From the NCBI RefSeq assembly GCF_018350175.1, contig NC_058368.1, positions 105,898,001 to 105,962,000 of the forward strand: a DNA stretch of 64,000 nt, in the 5' to 3' direction. This document shows positions 52,729-64,000 of the stretch, piece after piece. A program made the position numbers and the translations under genes. The notes beneath the pieces are model-generated. The model was not told the origin of the DNA. It did no database searches and saw only the letters and a program-made list of their open reading frames with translations. Numbering within the stretch: the stretch's first letter is position 1; every line of letters starts with the position of its first letter. Source of the stretch: Felis catus. Taxonomy: Eukaryota.

Positions 52729-53215
52729 GGGGCGCCTGGGTGGCGCAGTCGGTTAAGCGTCTGACTTCAGCCAGGTCACGATCTCGCGGTCCGGGAGTTC
52801 GAGCCCCGCGTCAGGCTCTGGGCTGATGGCTCAGAGCCTGGAGCCTGTTTCCAATTCTGTGTCTCCCTCTCTCTCTGCCCCTCCCCCGTTCATGCTCTGT
52901 CTCTCTCTGTCCCAAAAATAAAAAATAAAAACAAAAACAAAAACAAAAAAACAAACGTTGAAAAAAAAAGAAGAATACAAGACATGGGGGCACCTGGGTG
53001 GCTCAGTCAGCTAATGTCCGACTCTTGATTTTGGCTGAGGTCATGATCTCAGGCTCCTGAGATCGTGCCCCAAGCCTGGCTCTGCACTAGTGTGGAACCT
53101 GCTTAAGATTCTCTCTCTACCTCTCTCTCTGCCCCTCTCCCTGGCTCGTGTGCACTTTCCCTCTCAAAACAAAAAAAAAAAAAAAAAAAAAAAAAAACAA
53201 AAAAACAAACAAAAA
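52729..53215 (+). mobile_element. Tandem Can-SINEs: young copy 52729-52970 directly upstream of an older copy 52986-53215
   Basis: TSD AAGAATACAAGACAT (52713-52727 / 52971-52985). Confidence 0.95.
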
Positions 53216-55250
53216 AACCAGTGGAAGGTATGGTATAACTTTGTCACATACTCAAAGAAAGGGTAAAGGATTTATTTTTTTTGATTTTTTTGGTAAAAAT
53301 TTTTTTATTATTTAAACACCAGATTTTTAATGTAGGACAAACACTTGAAGACTTTGTATCTTCTCACTGGCATGCCATGTTTTGTCACTCACTGTGGTAA
53401 CTTGAAACCATCGAACAATATTACTTTACATGAGATTAACCACCCTTGCTCTTTTGTGGAGACAATACCTGAGATAGAGGATCAACTTGTTTTTTTTCCA
53501 GTTAAGCTTGACAGAATGATGAAATCTGAATGATTATCATTGTCTTTCCTTTTAAAAAGGGTTTGTTTAAAGGGCCAAATATGGTAGTAGTCTTTGAAAA
53601 TTCTTTTTAGGTTCAACTCTAGGCAGCTCAGATCTTTTATAAAAACTCCAGCCCTCACTGGGTCCCTTAAGAGTGATCAACCGAAGATCTGTAATATGAA
53701 ACTTCTGTGTGAATTAACTTCCCCCAGATGGGGCAAACCACAGTGTCTTTCAATGCACTAATGGTATCAAAATGCATGAACATCAGATGTAACTGCATGC
53801 TCACATTTGACACCAATCTGGTATTTTAATAAAGGAATTATAATGTAGGACACTAGGGAAATCACAGTACATCCTCACATCCTGCTTACTACTGCTTAAT
53901 AATCTCATCAAGTCTTCTTTCGATCAAACTCCCCTCCTAGGCTTGAATAATAGGATCATAAGAAAGAGATAAGGCAGAAATTAGAATTTAGGACTCCCCA
54001 GTATTAATGACTAATGGATTCCCCATTTACCATTAAACACTTTAACCACTGCTCATTGGCTCATGGGGAATATTACTTTCCTTCTGGTCTTAAACAAAAT
54101 ATAGATAATAAAAATAATTTAGGAAACTTCTTTTTGGCACCTGCCCTTAACTCATATTAACAGTCTTGGAAAGTCATGTAACTACTGGACTTTGAAAGAC
54201 AAATGGAACTTTTAAACACCTTTTTTTGTTTTTTAATGCAACGTTCCAACTATGAGATTTGACTGTGAAAAAGCCTTCACGATATTGTATTTAATATTTT
54301 GTTTTAAAGGAAAATAATTAACACCCTATGATTTTCCTAAGAACACGTCTTTCTTAATTGTTAAAAATTTTACAAAATTGAAACATATGACTTAGAAAGG
54401 GGCATATGGATACACAATCTTGCAGTTACTCAAAGTGTTCACTTTTTTCTTCATAGTTTACAAAATGTAGAGGAGAGATAATTATTTTAAAAATTATGTG
54501 TCGTTGTAGAGTTTTTATTGTTATGGTATTTCTATAATAATTGTAAAAGAGAACTCTAAACTTCTTATCCCATCTCCTAATAAATGAAATGAATCCAGAA
54601 TTCCAGCCATCTTATTGCATCCTATAACTTCTCCCACCTGTAAGAATGAATTAACTCTGCAAGGATAATAACGTTTCCCTTCCACATCTTTAAGCTAAAG
54701 CATACTGAAGAATTGACAACTCTAAAAACTATTTTCTCAAATTAGATACATTGATGAATATACTTGATTCTAAGAAGTGTTATCAAGGTTGTCAGTGAAC
54801 GTAGCTATCTTGTGAAATGGAATTTGGTTATGTATTCACAAGTGTTTTGTGTTGCACCATAATTTTTCTACTCATACCTCAGCTACAACTACCTAACAGC
54901 CACCACAACTTTTCATTTCTACCTGAATTACAGAAGAATTTTCAGAGAAGACAGATTTGATTTCAGGCTTCAATTTTAAACTAAAAAATACAGCATTAGA
55001 ACACAAAGTTGAAATATATGGGGAACCAGGGGCTGACAAATGTGAACTTAGGTTTCCAAAAAACCAAGAAAAAAACAAGGAATTTTCCTGCAAAAAGGTA
55101 CATTAAATGGTTGCATAGAAAGTTTACTACATATAACCTGTGTTTGTGTCATAAAATTTATGATGTCTGTGTCATATATGGGACAAATGCAGGATGTCAT
55201 AACTGCCACTGGGGCAGGCAAGCTCCAGTCTTTTCAAAGATGGTAGATCG

Positions 55251-55251
<1 letters not shown>

Positions 55252-55306
<55 letters not shown>

Positions 55307-55333
55307 CTCTTCCTTTCTTCCTTTCTTTCTTTT

Positions 55334-55388
<55 letters not shown>

Positions 55389-55447
55389 CTTTCTTTCTTT
55401 CTTTCTCTTTCTTTCTTTCTTTCTCTCTTTCTTTCTTCCTTTCTTTT

Positions 55448-55524
<77 letters not shown>

Positions 55525-55745
55525 TCTTTTCTTTTCTTTCATGTTTATTTATTTTTGAGAGACAGAGAGAGACAGAAGGACAGTGGGGGTGGGGCCAAGA
55601 GAGGGAGACACAGAATCCAAAGAAGGCTCTAGGCTCTGAGCTGTCAGCACAGAGCCCGATGCAGGGCTTGAAACTTTGATCACGAGATCATCACCTGAGT
55701 GGAAGTCAGACGCTTAACCAACTGAGCCACCCACCCAGGCGCCCC
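55252..55745 (-). mobile_element. Can-SINE whose tail expanded into ~290 bp of (TTTC)n
   Basis: Direct inspection. Confidence 0.9.
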
Positions 55746-57719
55746 AATTATTATTTTTTTAGTATCACTGACAAAATGTGGTAGTTGTATCTTCTATATT
55801 CAACATTTTTTTCTTCATCAGTCTGCTGAATTCTGGCTTCTGGATTTTTTTTTTTTTTTTTTTTTTTTTGTATAGAAATAAACCTGGAAGGCTTTGGGTC
55901 CAGGAATGAGACTCTAAAAAGAAAAACTGAAGGCTAGTTTATTGCCTATAGAGTGTGTCTACTTATGGAGGGGAAAATAGCAATAGAAAAGCACCCACAT
56001 TTATAAATCATTCACTTACTCCTTCAGAATCTATTTATTGCTTATGGGGTATAAAGAGCCTGACATCAAAAAGCACACAGTCGACTGCCTTGGATGTACT
56101 GATAGGAGTTATGACTTGGTGATGGCCTTTATAGAGCTGCATACACATGCTAAGGTTTTGCCAACCAGAGAGGCTTCTGGCAGAGGCAGTATCTGAACTG
56201 TGTGGCTAAAAGGAGAGGCAGAGTTAGCTAAGGGAATACATGTATGGAGAGGAAGATACTCAAAGCACAGTCTCCTCCCCTCGTCCAGGCAAAGCCTCAG
56301 CTACAAGGAATTGCAAGGAAAGAAGTGTCAAAAAGTAAGTCAGTTGGCTATAGAGAACTAAGTTCTGTACAGGCTTGCAGAGATGCTAGGATGTTTGGGC
56401 TTCTTCCTAAGTTAGTGGGTAGTCATTGAATAATTTTAAACAGGAAAATGATTTGTTTTGGAAAAGTCATCTTGGTATACTGTGGAGTCACTGGTATACT
56501 GTTGGGGGGTGGGGCAGAGTGAGTCAAGCTTCCAAAGGGCTTGAGGGGCTACTGCTTGCGGTCCTTGTGTGATGTGATAAGGGTCTGGCCAAGGGGGTGG
56601 TCAGATGTGGACAACTTTGAGAGGCTTGGCAACGAGAGGAGAGGTGGGAATCGAGGTCTCTTTCATATGTGTACTTGGGGGAACCAGTCTGATGGTACTG
56701 CGTCTTACTGAGAGAGGGAGAGCAGGAGAAGGCTGAAGTCTGGGGCTCACCAGGGATGCTGAAATAGAGATTGCATTTGGGTACCCTGCTGCCTTGCTGC
56801 ACCTTCAGATGAATTCAGCTGAATCTGGCTGAGAGAGGATAGCTGGCCAGGACCAAAGCTTTATTTCCGGTGCTAGATTTAGATTAACAGAGGAAACTTG
56901 AATTATTGGCCTCTATGGAAGCCACTGACTCCAGAGGAGAAATTCTCCCTTCAGCAATGCTGGGCACTAGTCCATTTGGAACAAAAAATGCTGGAAGAGG
57001 AAAAGACAAAAACTTCATTTGGATATAGTAAAAGGAAAGAGGATATTTTAAAATTGACTAAATAAAGAGGAGTTAAGGCAAGTATTACATTCTACAGCAA
57101 AACTCCGTTTTATGTATAGTTGTTAAATTGTAAAGAGAAGATATTTATGTGGAAAGTTTATACAGATTTTGAGTTTTGCCTTGACTCACAAAAGTTCACT
57201 TTGTAGCTTTTTTTCCTCTATTGGCCTGCTAAATGTAACATTCAATTCTGTGCTGTCTTCAAAAATTAATCGATAGCTTAGTCATAATCTAATTTGGGGT
57301 TTCCGTTGGTGGCAGCATCTCTGTGCTTAATTACTTTTTATCTGTTGAATGACTCTATTTGTTTTGGGGCATCTAAGGCAGGGAAGGTCTTCTGGGATCC
57401 ACGAACTCCTGAAATTGCATACAAAGCCTGTGCATAGGTATTTGGAACCTTTGTCAGACAGAAAGTGCACTAGAGTCAGTGCTTGGGCACACATGGGGTC
57501 TGAGTTTTCCAGGTCTCAGTCATAAATCCTGCAAAGCTCCCCCTCTCCATTTTCTCTCACTTATGTTAGTTTGGGGCAGAGATTTGGCTCCATGTTATCT
57601 GACTTTCTGACGTATTTGGTTCCTGGCTCCAGGCAGAAAGGGCCTCTTTTAACAAAGCCATATATTCTTCCCTTCCTGCTTTCAGATGGGCCAGCCTTAA
57701 CAAAGTGGCTGTCTCTTCT

Positions 57720-59350
57720 CAAGCATGAAACAGTTTGTCTCTCTTGGCTCTTGGTTGCAAGCAATGGAACACAACTCTGTCTAATTTAAGGGTAAGGAAT
57801 TTTGTGGAAATGTATAAGGTAGGACATGAGAGGAGGTCAGGAAGTAGGAGTGGAAGCAGAGTCTCACCTCTAAAATGCTCCGATTAGGGCATTGCCACTG
57901 GCTGAGAGTGTCCTGACATTACGCCTATTATCATTGCACATCCCTGCCATTGAACACTGTACCATGAACTTCATCTCTGTGTCCCTCATTGAGGGTACAA
58001 AATCTGGGAAAAAAAGAACCTGGTGGCTGAGTCTAGGCATATGTCCCCATCATAGCTGCTGGTATAGGAGGGGGTATACTTGGCTTTCTTTGGCCCTTGT
58101 ATCAGGATATGGTGGTGCCTCTCATCAAGGCTCACACAGTGAAGATTCCTTCCAGGAGGAAGGGGTTTGTATAGACAACAAAGGACAAATAATTCACTAC
58201 AAGTTTGCCCCTTTGGCTACCTCTAGTTTTCTTTTCGCTTATGATTACATTTTAAAATGTCTTCACCTAACATCATGTCACTGTTTGCTGGGCAGTTGAA
58301 GACGTGCTTCTTCTTCTCCCCCTGGAGGAAAACCCACAGCAAGTCAGGCTCCAATCCAGAATCTCAGGGTGATGTCCACTATTCAGTTTTGCACAGCCCC
58401 ACTTCAGAATCCTGCCACTGATGGTGTGCATTACATCATTAATTACTACCAACAAACCTCTCCCAAGAAAAGGGTACTTCATTAAATTGTGTAAAAATAG
58501 CCCTGACTCAACAGGGAAGAAAAAAAATAGGTAGAGGCATTAGTCTTTGTTTCTGCAACTGGCCATGAGGCTGTAGCTGGTATTTATGACTTTCTTCCTC
58601 CACCACCCATTTCTGTTTGCTTTGCCCTCTGCTAGCACCTCAGCTGGCTGGGATTCTTTACCCAGTGGGGTCGCTCAAACCTTCATTCCTGAGGGATCTA
58701 AGGTTTTGGTGGTTCTGCCTGAATAGATTGCCAGAGTCCTTGATTAACTTTTAGCACTAGACTTGGTAATATGAGAAGGTGTTCTGTTTATTCTCCTCCC
58801 TGCTCCCATTGTACAACAGCGATCCTATTTTTTTCTTAAAAACTAGAATCAATCAAATCAGGCTAAAACACACACACTCTCTCTGTTTTTTGTTTGTTTG
58901 TTTGTTTGTTTGTTTTTGCTTGTCTTCACAGTGGCATAAAGAGTATGAAATGGCCCAATGGAAGTTTCAATTCCATTAAATGTTGAAAGCATTCCTCTCT
59001 TTTGTCCATACCAGCAGAATCTGGGAATGATGGGATGGAAAGCAGAAATTTGTAAGGTGTAATTACTAATTAAGTAATTGTGAATAACATCATCTTTATA
59101 ATCCCTGGTTCCTGGATTAACACAGTTTGGCTTTGGGAAAAACAGAATCGCTTACTACTACTTGCTGGTATAGAACTGTTAATGTTTCTGCGGAACTACA
59201 CCATCAATTTTCAAAGCACTTATCCTCCATGATGACTTAAATCAATCTTCACCGGTCTGTTTCACTTGTTTTGGCTCTAGATGATTGGCACATGACAAAA
59301 CCAATATATCCACTGGTCATGTTTAAGATAAAGTAAATGCCTCCGTTGGA
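57720..59350. mobile_element. MLT1 LTR plus MaLR internal fragment
   Basis: 'ggctcttggttgcaagcaatggaacac..', 'ccatgaggctgtagctggtatttatgactttcttcctccaccacccatt'. Confidence 0.6.
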
Positions 59351-59948
59351 AGCAATGCTGTATGGGCTACACAGACCTGGCTTACCCTGAACAAATGCCC
59401 ATTAGCTTTAATTCTGTGAAAAGTAGTGGATCACACTAGAGCCCTGGTTTCTCAGGAATTAAGTGTTGGCTCTCAGACAGGGTTTTATATTTATCTAAAT
59501 ATTTGGGTACTTTTCTTTTCTTATAACATAGTCAACCTGCTAAATGCCAAAAGTTATACGGCTAGTAAGTGGCAGAGCCAGAATTTGAATTCAAACAGGC
59601 CAACTCTTATATAACAAGCTCTTATCTTTATGTAATGCACCTCCTCCCTGAATTTGTTACTTATGATATTATTATCCCTCAGGATTACTAGGCTCTTCTT
59701 TATTAATGGAGCCTTTGGGTCTGTGAAATGACCTTGTTATAGGAATTGGGTGAGAGGTCAAGAATTTAGTTTCTATTTTGATGGTATTTTTTACCAGACA
59801 TAGAAATTTTTTCAATTATGTAAGTAAAATAAGACTTCACTGTGTTGTCCTTCTATTTTAGCCCCAGAAACCATTGCCAAAAATATCTACATTGGAACAT
59901 TCTGATTGCTATAGTAACTATGCCTCCTTCCCCTTTGAGAATTAAAAA

Positions 59949-60091
59949 CCTCCTCCTCCTCCTCCCCTTCTCCTCCTATTCCTTGTACTCCTCCTCCCTT
60001 TCTACTTCCCTTCTCCTCCTCCTCCTCCTCCTCCTCCTCCTCCTCCTCCTTCTTCTTCTTCTTCTTCTTCTTCTTCTTCTTCTTCTTCTTC
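59949..60091. repeat. (CCT)n-(CTT)n polypyrimidine triplet tract
   Basis: Direct inspection. Confidence 0.95.
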
Positions 60092-60094
60092 AAA

Positions 60095-60500
60095 GATATC
60101 TATTGCTTTCAAACAAGCCATCATAAAACACAATGGCTTAATACAATAAGAATTCATTATTTCTCATAAATCTATAGAATGAGTGGAAGTTTTTGCCCAA
60201 TATAGTTTTGTTGGGGACACTGGGATGATTAGAAAGTCCAAAATGGTGTCATTCATATGAATAGCACCTGGTCTTGGCCCCTTACTGGGAACTTAACTGA
60301 GGTCTTAGTTATCCTCCACCTGGGATCCCTGCGTGGGTTCTCAGTCATCCCCAGAATTGGGTTCCAAGAAGGAGCATTCCAAGAGGGCACGTCCTAATAT
60401 GCAAGCACTTATAAACCCTTTGCTCACTTTATGGGTGCTAGTCTCATTGGCCAAGGCTAGTCACATGGCAAGCTCATAGTCACAGAGGGGAAAGACTACT
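60095..60500. mobile_element. MLT1-type LTR
   Basis: 'tctattgct..aaacaagccatc..aaaacacaatggcttaatacaataag', 'ctcattggccaaggctagtcacatggcaagc'. Confidence 0.7.
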
Positions 60501-60726
60501 AGAAGGTATGCTTTTTTGAAGGCCATTGAAGTTTACCGCAACTTTCCTTAAGTATTCCTTGCTCTCATTCTCTGCTAGCATAGTCATTATTTTTTCCTTG
60601 ATGGTTCTGTCTGCAATTCCTTCTATAATGCTATTTTCATAGTCTTCCAAAGTTTCCTTCCTTATTTTTTGGTCTTGAGCCAATGTTTAACAACTTTTAA
60701 AAAAGGTAAAGAAATTCAAATATGTT

Positions 60727-61771
60727 TATTTCTTTTCTTTTTTCTTTTTCTTTTTTTTTTTGACTGTGTACCATTCTAACTTGCAAGTTTTATTTATTTA
60801 TTTAATTAATTTATTTATTTTTATTATATTTTTAATATAATTTATTGTCAACTTAGCTAGCATACCATGTGTACTGTGTGCTCTTCGTTTTGGGGGTAGA
60901 TTCCCATGATTCATCATTTACATACAACACCCAGTGCTCATCCCAACAAGTGCCCTCCTCAATGCCCATCACCCATTTTCCCCTCCCCCCTGCTCCCCCC
61001 ATCAGCACTCAGACTGTTCTCTGTATTTAAGAATGTCTTATGGTTTGCCTCCCTCTCCATTTGAAATTATTTTTTCCCCTTCCCTTCCCCCATGGTCTTC
61101 TGTTAAGTTTCTCAAGTTCTGCATGTGAGTGAAAACATAGGATATCTGTCTTTCTCTGACTGACTTATTTCACTTAGCGTAATACCCTCCATTTCCATCC
61201 TCATTATTGCAAATGGTAAGATTTCATTCTTTCTCATTGCCAAGTAGTATTCCATTGTATATATAAACCACATCTTCTTTATCCATTCATCACTTGATGG
61301 ACATTTAGGCTCTTTCCATAATTTGGCTATTGTTGAAAACATTACTATAAACATTGGGGTACATGTGCCCCGCTAAATCAGCACTCCTGTATCCTTTGGA
61401 TAAATTCTTAGTAGTGCTATTGCTGGGTCATAGGGTAGTTCTATTTTTAATTTTTTGATAAACCTCCACACTGTGTTCAGGGTGGCTGCACCAGTTTGCA
61501 TTCCCACCAACAGTGCAGGAGGGTTCCTGTTTCTCCACATCCTCGCCAGCATCTCATGTTTCCTGAGTTGTTAATTTTACCCTGCACTGCAAAGGAAACA
61601 ATCAACAAAATGAAATCCAACCAACAGAATGGGAGAATATATTTGCAAATGACATATTGGATAAAAGTTTAGTATCCAAAATATGTAAAGAACTTACCAA
61701 ACTCAATACCCAAAAACCAAATAATCCAGTGAAGAAATGGGCAGAAGACATGAATAGAAACATTTCCAAAG
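60727..61771 (-). mobile_element. Carnivore L1 3' end with 5' inversion and short 3' transduction
   Basis: ORF2 C-terminus MFIVMFSTIAKLWKEPKCPSSDEWIKKMWFIYTMEYY on minus; 61583-61771 is L1 in + orientation; 18-bp TSD 60709-60726 / 61772-61789. Confidence 0.9.
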
Positions 61772-62400
61772 AAGAAATTCAAATACATTAAAAAAATTAA
61801 AAGCAAAAGAAGTATGTGAATATGAGATAAGGAGGTCTTATTTTTTTCCTTCTTGCTTATATTAACATATTAAATTATCTTAATATTAAAATTATATATG
61901 TCTTTGACAAAACCCAACATCTTTATTTTTTGATTCAAGATTCTTGGGAAAAGTCTTTATTGCAGAGTGCTGATAATTTACTCTTCTATATATTTAAATT
62001 AATTTTTCCCAAGTTTGAAATTATAGAGTAGGGGCAACCAAAGTTTTTTCCTGAAAGCTTTTTATACTAATAAAAAGACATACTCATTTACACTGTACAA
62101 AATAAGCAACTTTAATAATAATGAGTATCACTGCTTAAGCACATTCTATTTTGAGGTAGTGGTGAGAATCAATGGAGATAGTGGATACTCAGTACACATA
62201 CTTCAGCAATAGAGTTTGAATGATTCATATTTGAAATGTATAGTGTATATTTTTAAAATATAACTTAATTATATAAGTAAGTTATATTCAGGTATATTTA
62301 GATAATTTATTCTCCTCCCTTCCTGTTAATTTAAGTAAAATTTAACTAAAATTTACAGTAAATGAACTAAACAGTAGATTATCATTAAAAACCAAAGGAA

Positions 62401-62496
62401 GGGGAGTCTGGATGGTTCATTTGGTTGAGTGTCCAACTCTTGATTTCAGCTCAGGGTGTGATCCCATGGTTGGGATTAGCATGGAGCCTGCTTGGG

Positions 62497-62541
<45 letters not shown>

Positions 62542-62930
62542 TTCTCTCTTTCTCTCTCCCTCTGCCCTTCTCCCCTTATCCCCTGCTCATGTTCTCTCTT
62601 TCTCTCTCTAAAATAAAATATAAAAATTCAATTAAAAATAAATAAAAACCAGGGGTAGATGCAATTGATTACTCTGCCCGAGTCAAGTCAGTATCAGTGG
62701 TATGCTGATAATAAGTCGTTCTTAAGACTATGTGAGAATTCTGGGGGCACTTGGGTGGCTTCGGGTTAATGACTAACTCTTGATTGGGGCTCACTTCACG
62801 ATCTCACAGGTTCATGAGTTTGAGCCTTGCACTGTTAGTGCGGAGCCTGCTTGGGATTCTCTCTCTCGGCCCCTCCCCCACATTCTCTCTCTTTCTCTCT
62901 CTCTCTTTAGAGATAAGTAAACTTAAAAAT
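62401..62930 (+). mobile_element. Two Can-SINEs (~62401-62645 and ~62743-62930)
   Basis: SINE heads, CT tracts, A tails. Confidence 0.85.
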
Positions 62931-64000
62931 GTGAGAAGTCTAAATAGTGCTTCACTACTAAGCTGTATCTGGAAGTCAGCTGATTCAATACTTTTCTTAG
63001 GAAAGCAACATAATTCTTAGGAACCTTATTTTTCTATTTTCCCAGGAAAACCATTAGAATATGGAAAATTCCAGCACTTACCATTATGATTTTTTACTCC
63101 TCAACTTCTGGAAAAACTATTTGTGCTCAAAAAATATATTAGAAATATCCTAACTTCTGGGGTGGTCTGTTTTCTTTTTCTGTAAAAACACACACACATA
63201 CACACACACTCAAAACTGTCTAACCTTTAGCGTCAGGAGGGATAATCTACTTTGGGAAATTGGTTATAAAATCCAAAAAGCGCTGGAGTTGAATAGCTGT
63301 GAGATAAATTTTAATCTCACTAGTCAAACCGTGGCTTGTCATTGATGTCATTGGAAGTGATATAGCGTGTACTATGTCCACCACAATAACATGTTCATTG
63401 TTTCTGAATTCCAGTAATTTTTTGAATTATGAAAAAAAGCTTTCCTCTAAAACACTGATTGAGGTGAGGCAGGACAAAGTGAAGTGATTTTGAATCCATT
63501 TTTCTGTGTGATTGGGGACCCAGTTTTACCACTTCTCAGTAAGTGGGTGGTCAGTTGCTCCTTTTTCCCCCCATGAAGTGAACAGTATTTTTAGCTTTTT
63601 GTTCCTCCCTAAAGATGGTTTTAATGTTAAAACAAAACCCAGTGTATGCAGTCACTCTATTCACTGAAATCATTTAGCATATACACCACAGACGTGTATT
63701 TGTCTAATTTTTGAACTGTAGTCTTCTTGGCATTCTTAAATCAGGGGAAAAAATTAACTTTTGAATTAGTTAACAGAAAAACCCATATGAGCACTTTTAA
63801 ATGATAAATCAATATTTGAAACAATTCATAAATATACATTCATTGTAGAAAACTTGAAAAATATGATTAAAAGAAAGAAAAAGTAATTTAAATTTCCTGA
63901 GACCATGGCACACTCTACTAATATTTTGGGATATATCTGTTAGGACTGTTTTTAAGTAAATATGTGTAGGGAGTAGGATAGTTTACTGAAATAATAATTT

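Noticed and set aside
52729..52810. tRNA genes (A/B-box sequences)
   Set aside because: These are tRNA-derived heads of Can-SINEs, followed by CT tracts and A tails.
53300..55200. Repeat-free stretches (also ~27100-29300) as FBN2 enhancers
   Set aside because: Cannot be supported without conservation or chromatin data.
55009..55632. 207-aa Phe/Leu/Ser-rich ORF; likewise poly-L / poly-K-E ORFs at 59842-60126 and VC-repeat ORFs
   Set aside because: Translations of microsatellites.

Overview
Mammalian (carnivore, very likely felid, judging by ~30 Can-SINE/SINEC_Fc copies and carnivore-type L1 3' ends) genomic DNA. The first ~3.6 kb holds the CpG-island promoter and first two coding exons of fibrillin-2 (FBN2) on the minus strand. 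The remaining ~60 kb is repeat-rich upstream intergenic DNA with no other intact gene that I can support. Notable items: (1) a two-LTR, non-autonomous ERV1-type provirus (40329-46208, minus) with a decayed env and a CpG-rich 10 x ~40-bp tandem array in its leader; (2) an RPS20 processed pseudogene in a four-layer nest (L2 > RPS20 retrocopy > Tigger-like DNA transposon > SINE); (3) two L1 insertions with twin-priming inversions, one also carrying a short 3' transduction; (4) a candidate uORF and a cryptic splice acceptor in the FBN2 5' leader. I see no clear new biological system; the ERV leader array is the best candidate for follow-up. Repeat family names and boundaries are by eye, from recalled consensus sequences, and are approximate.
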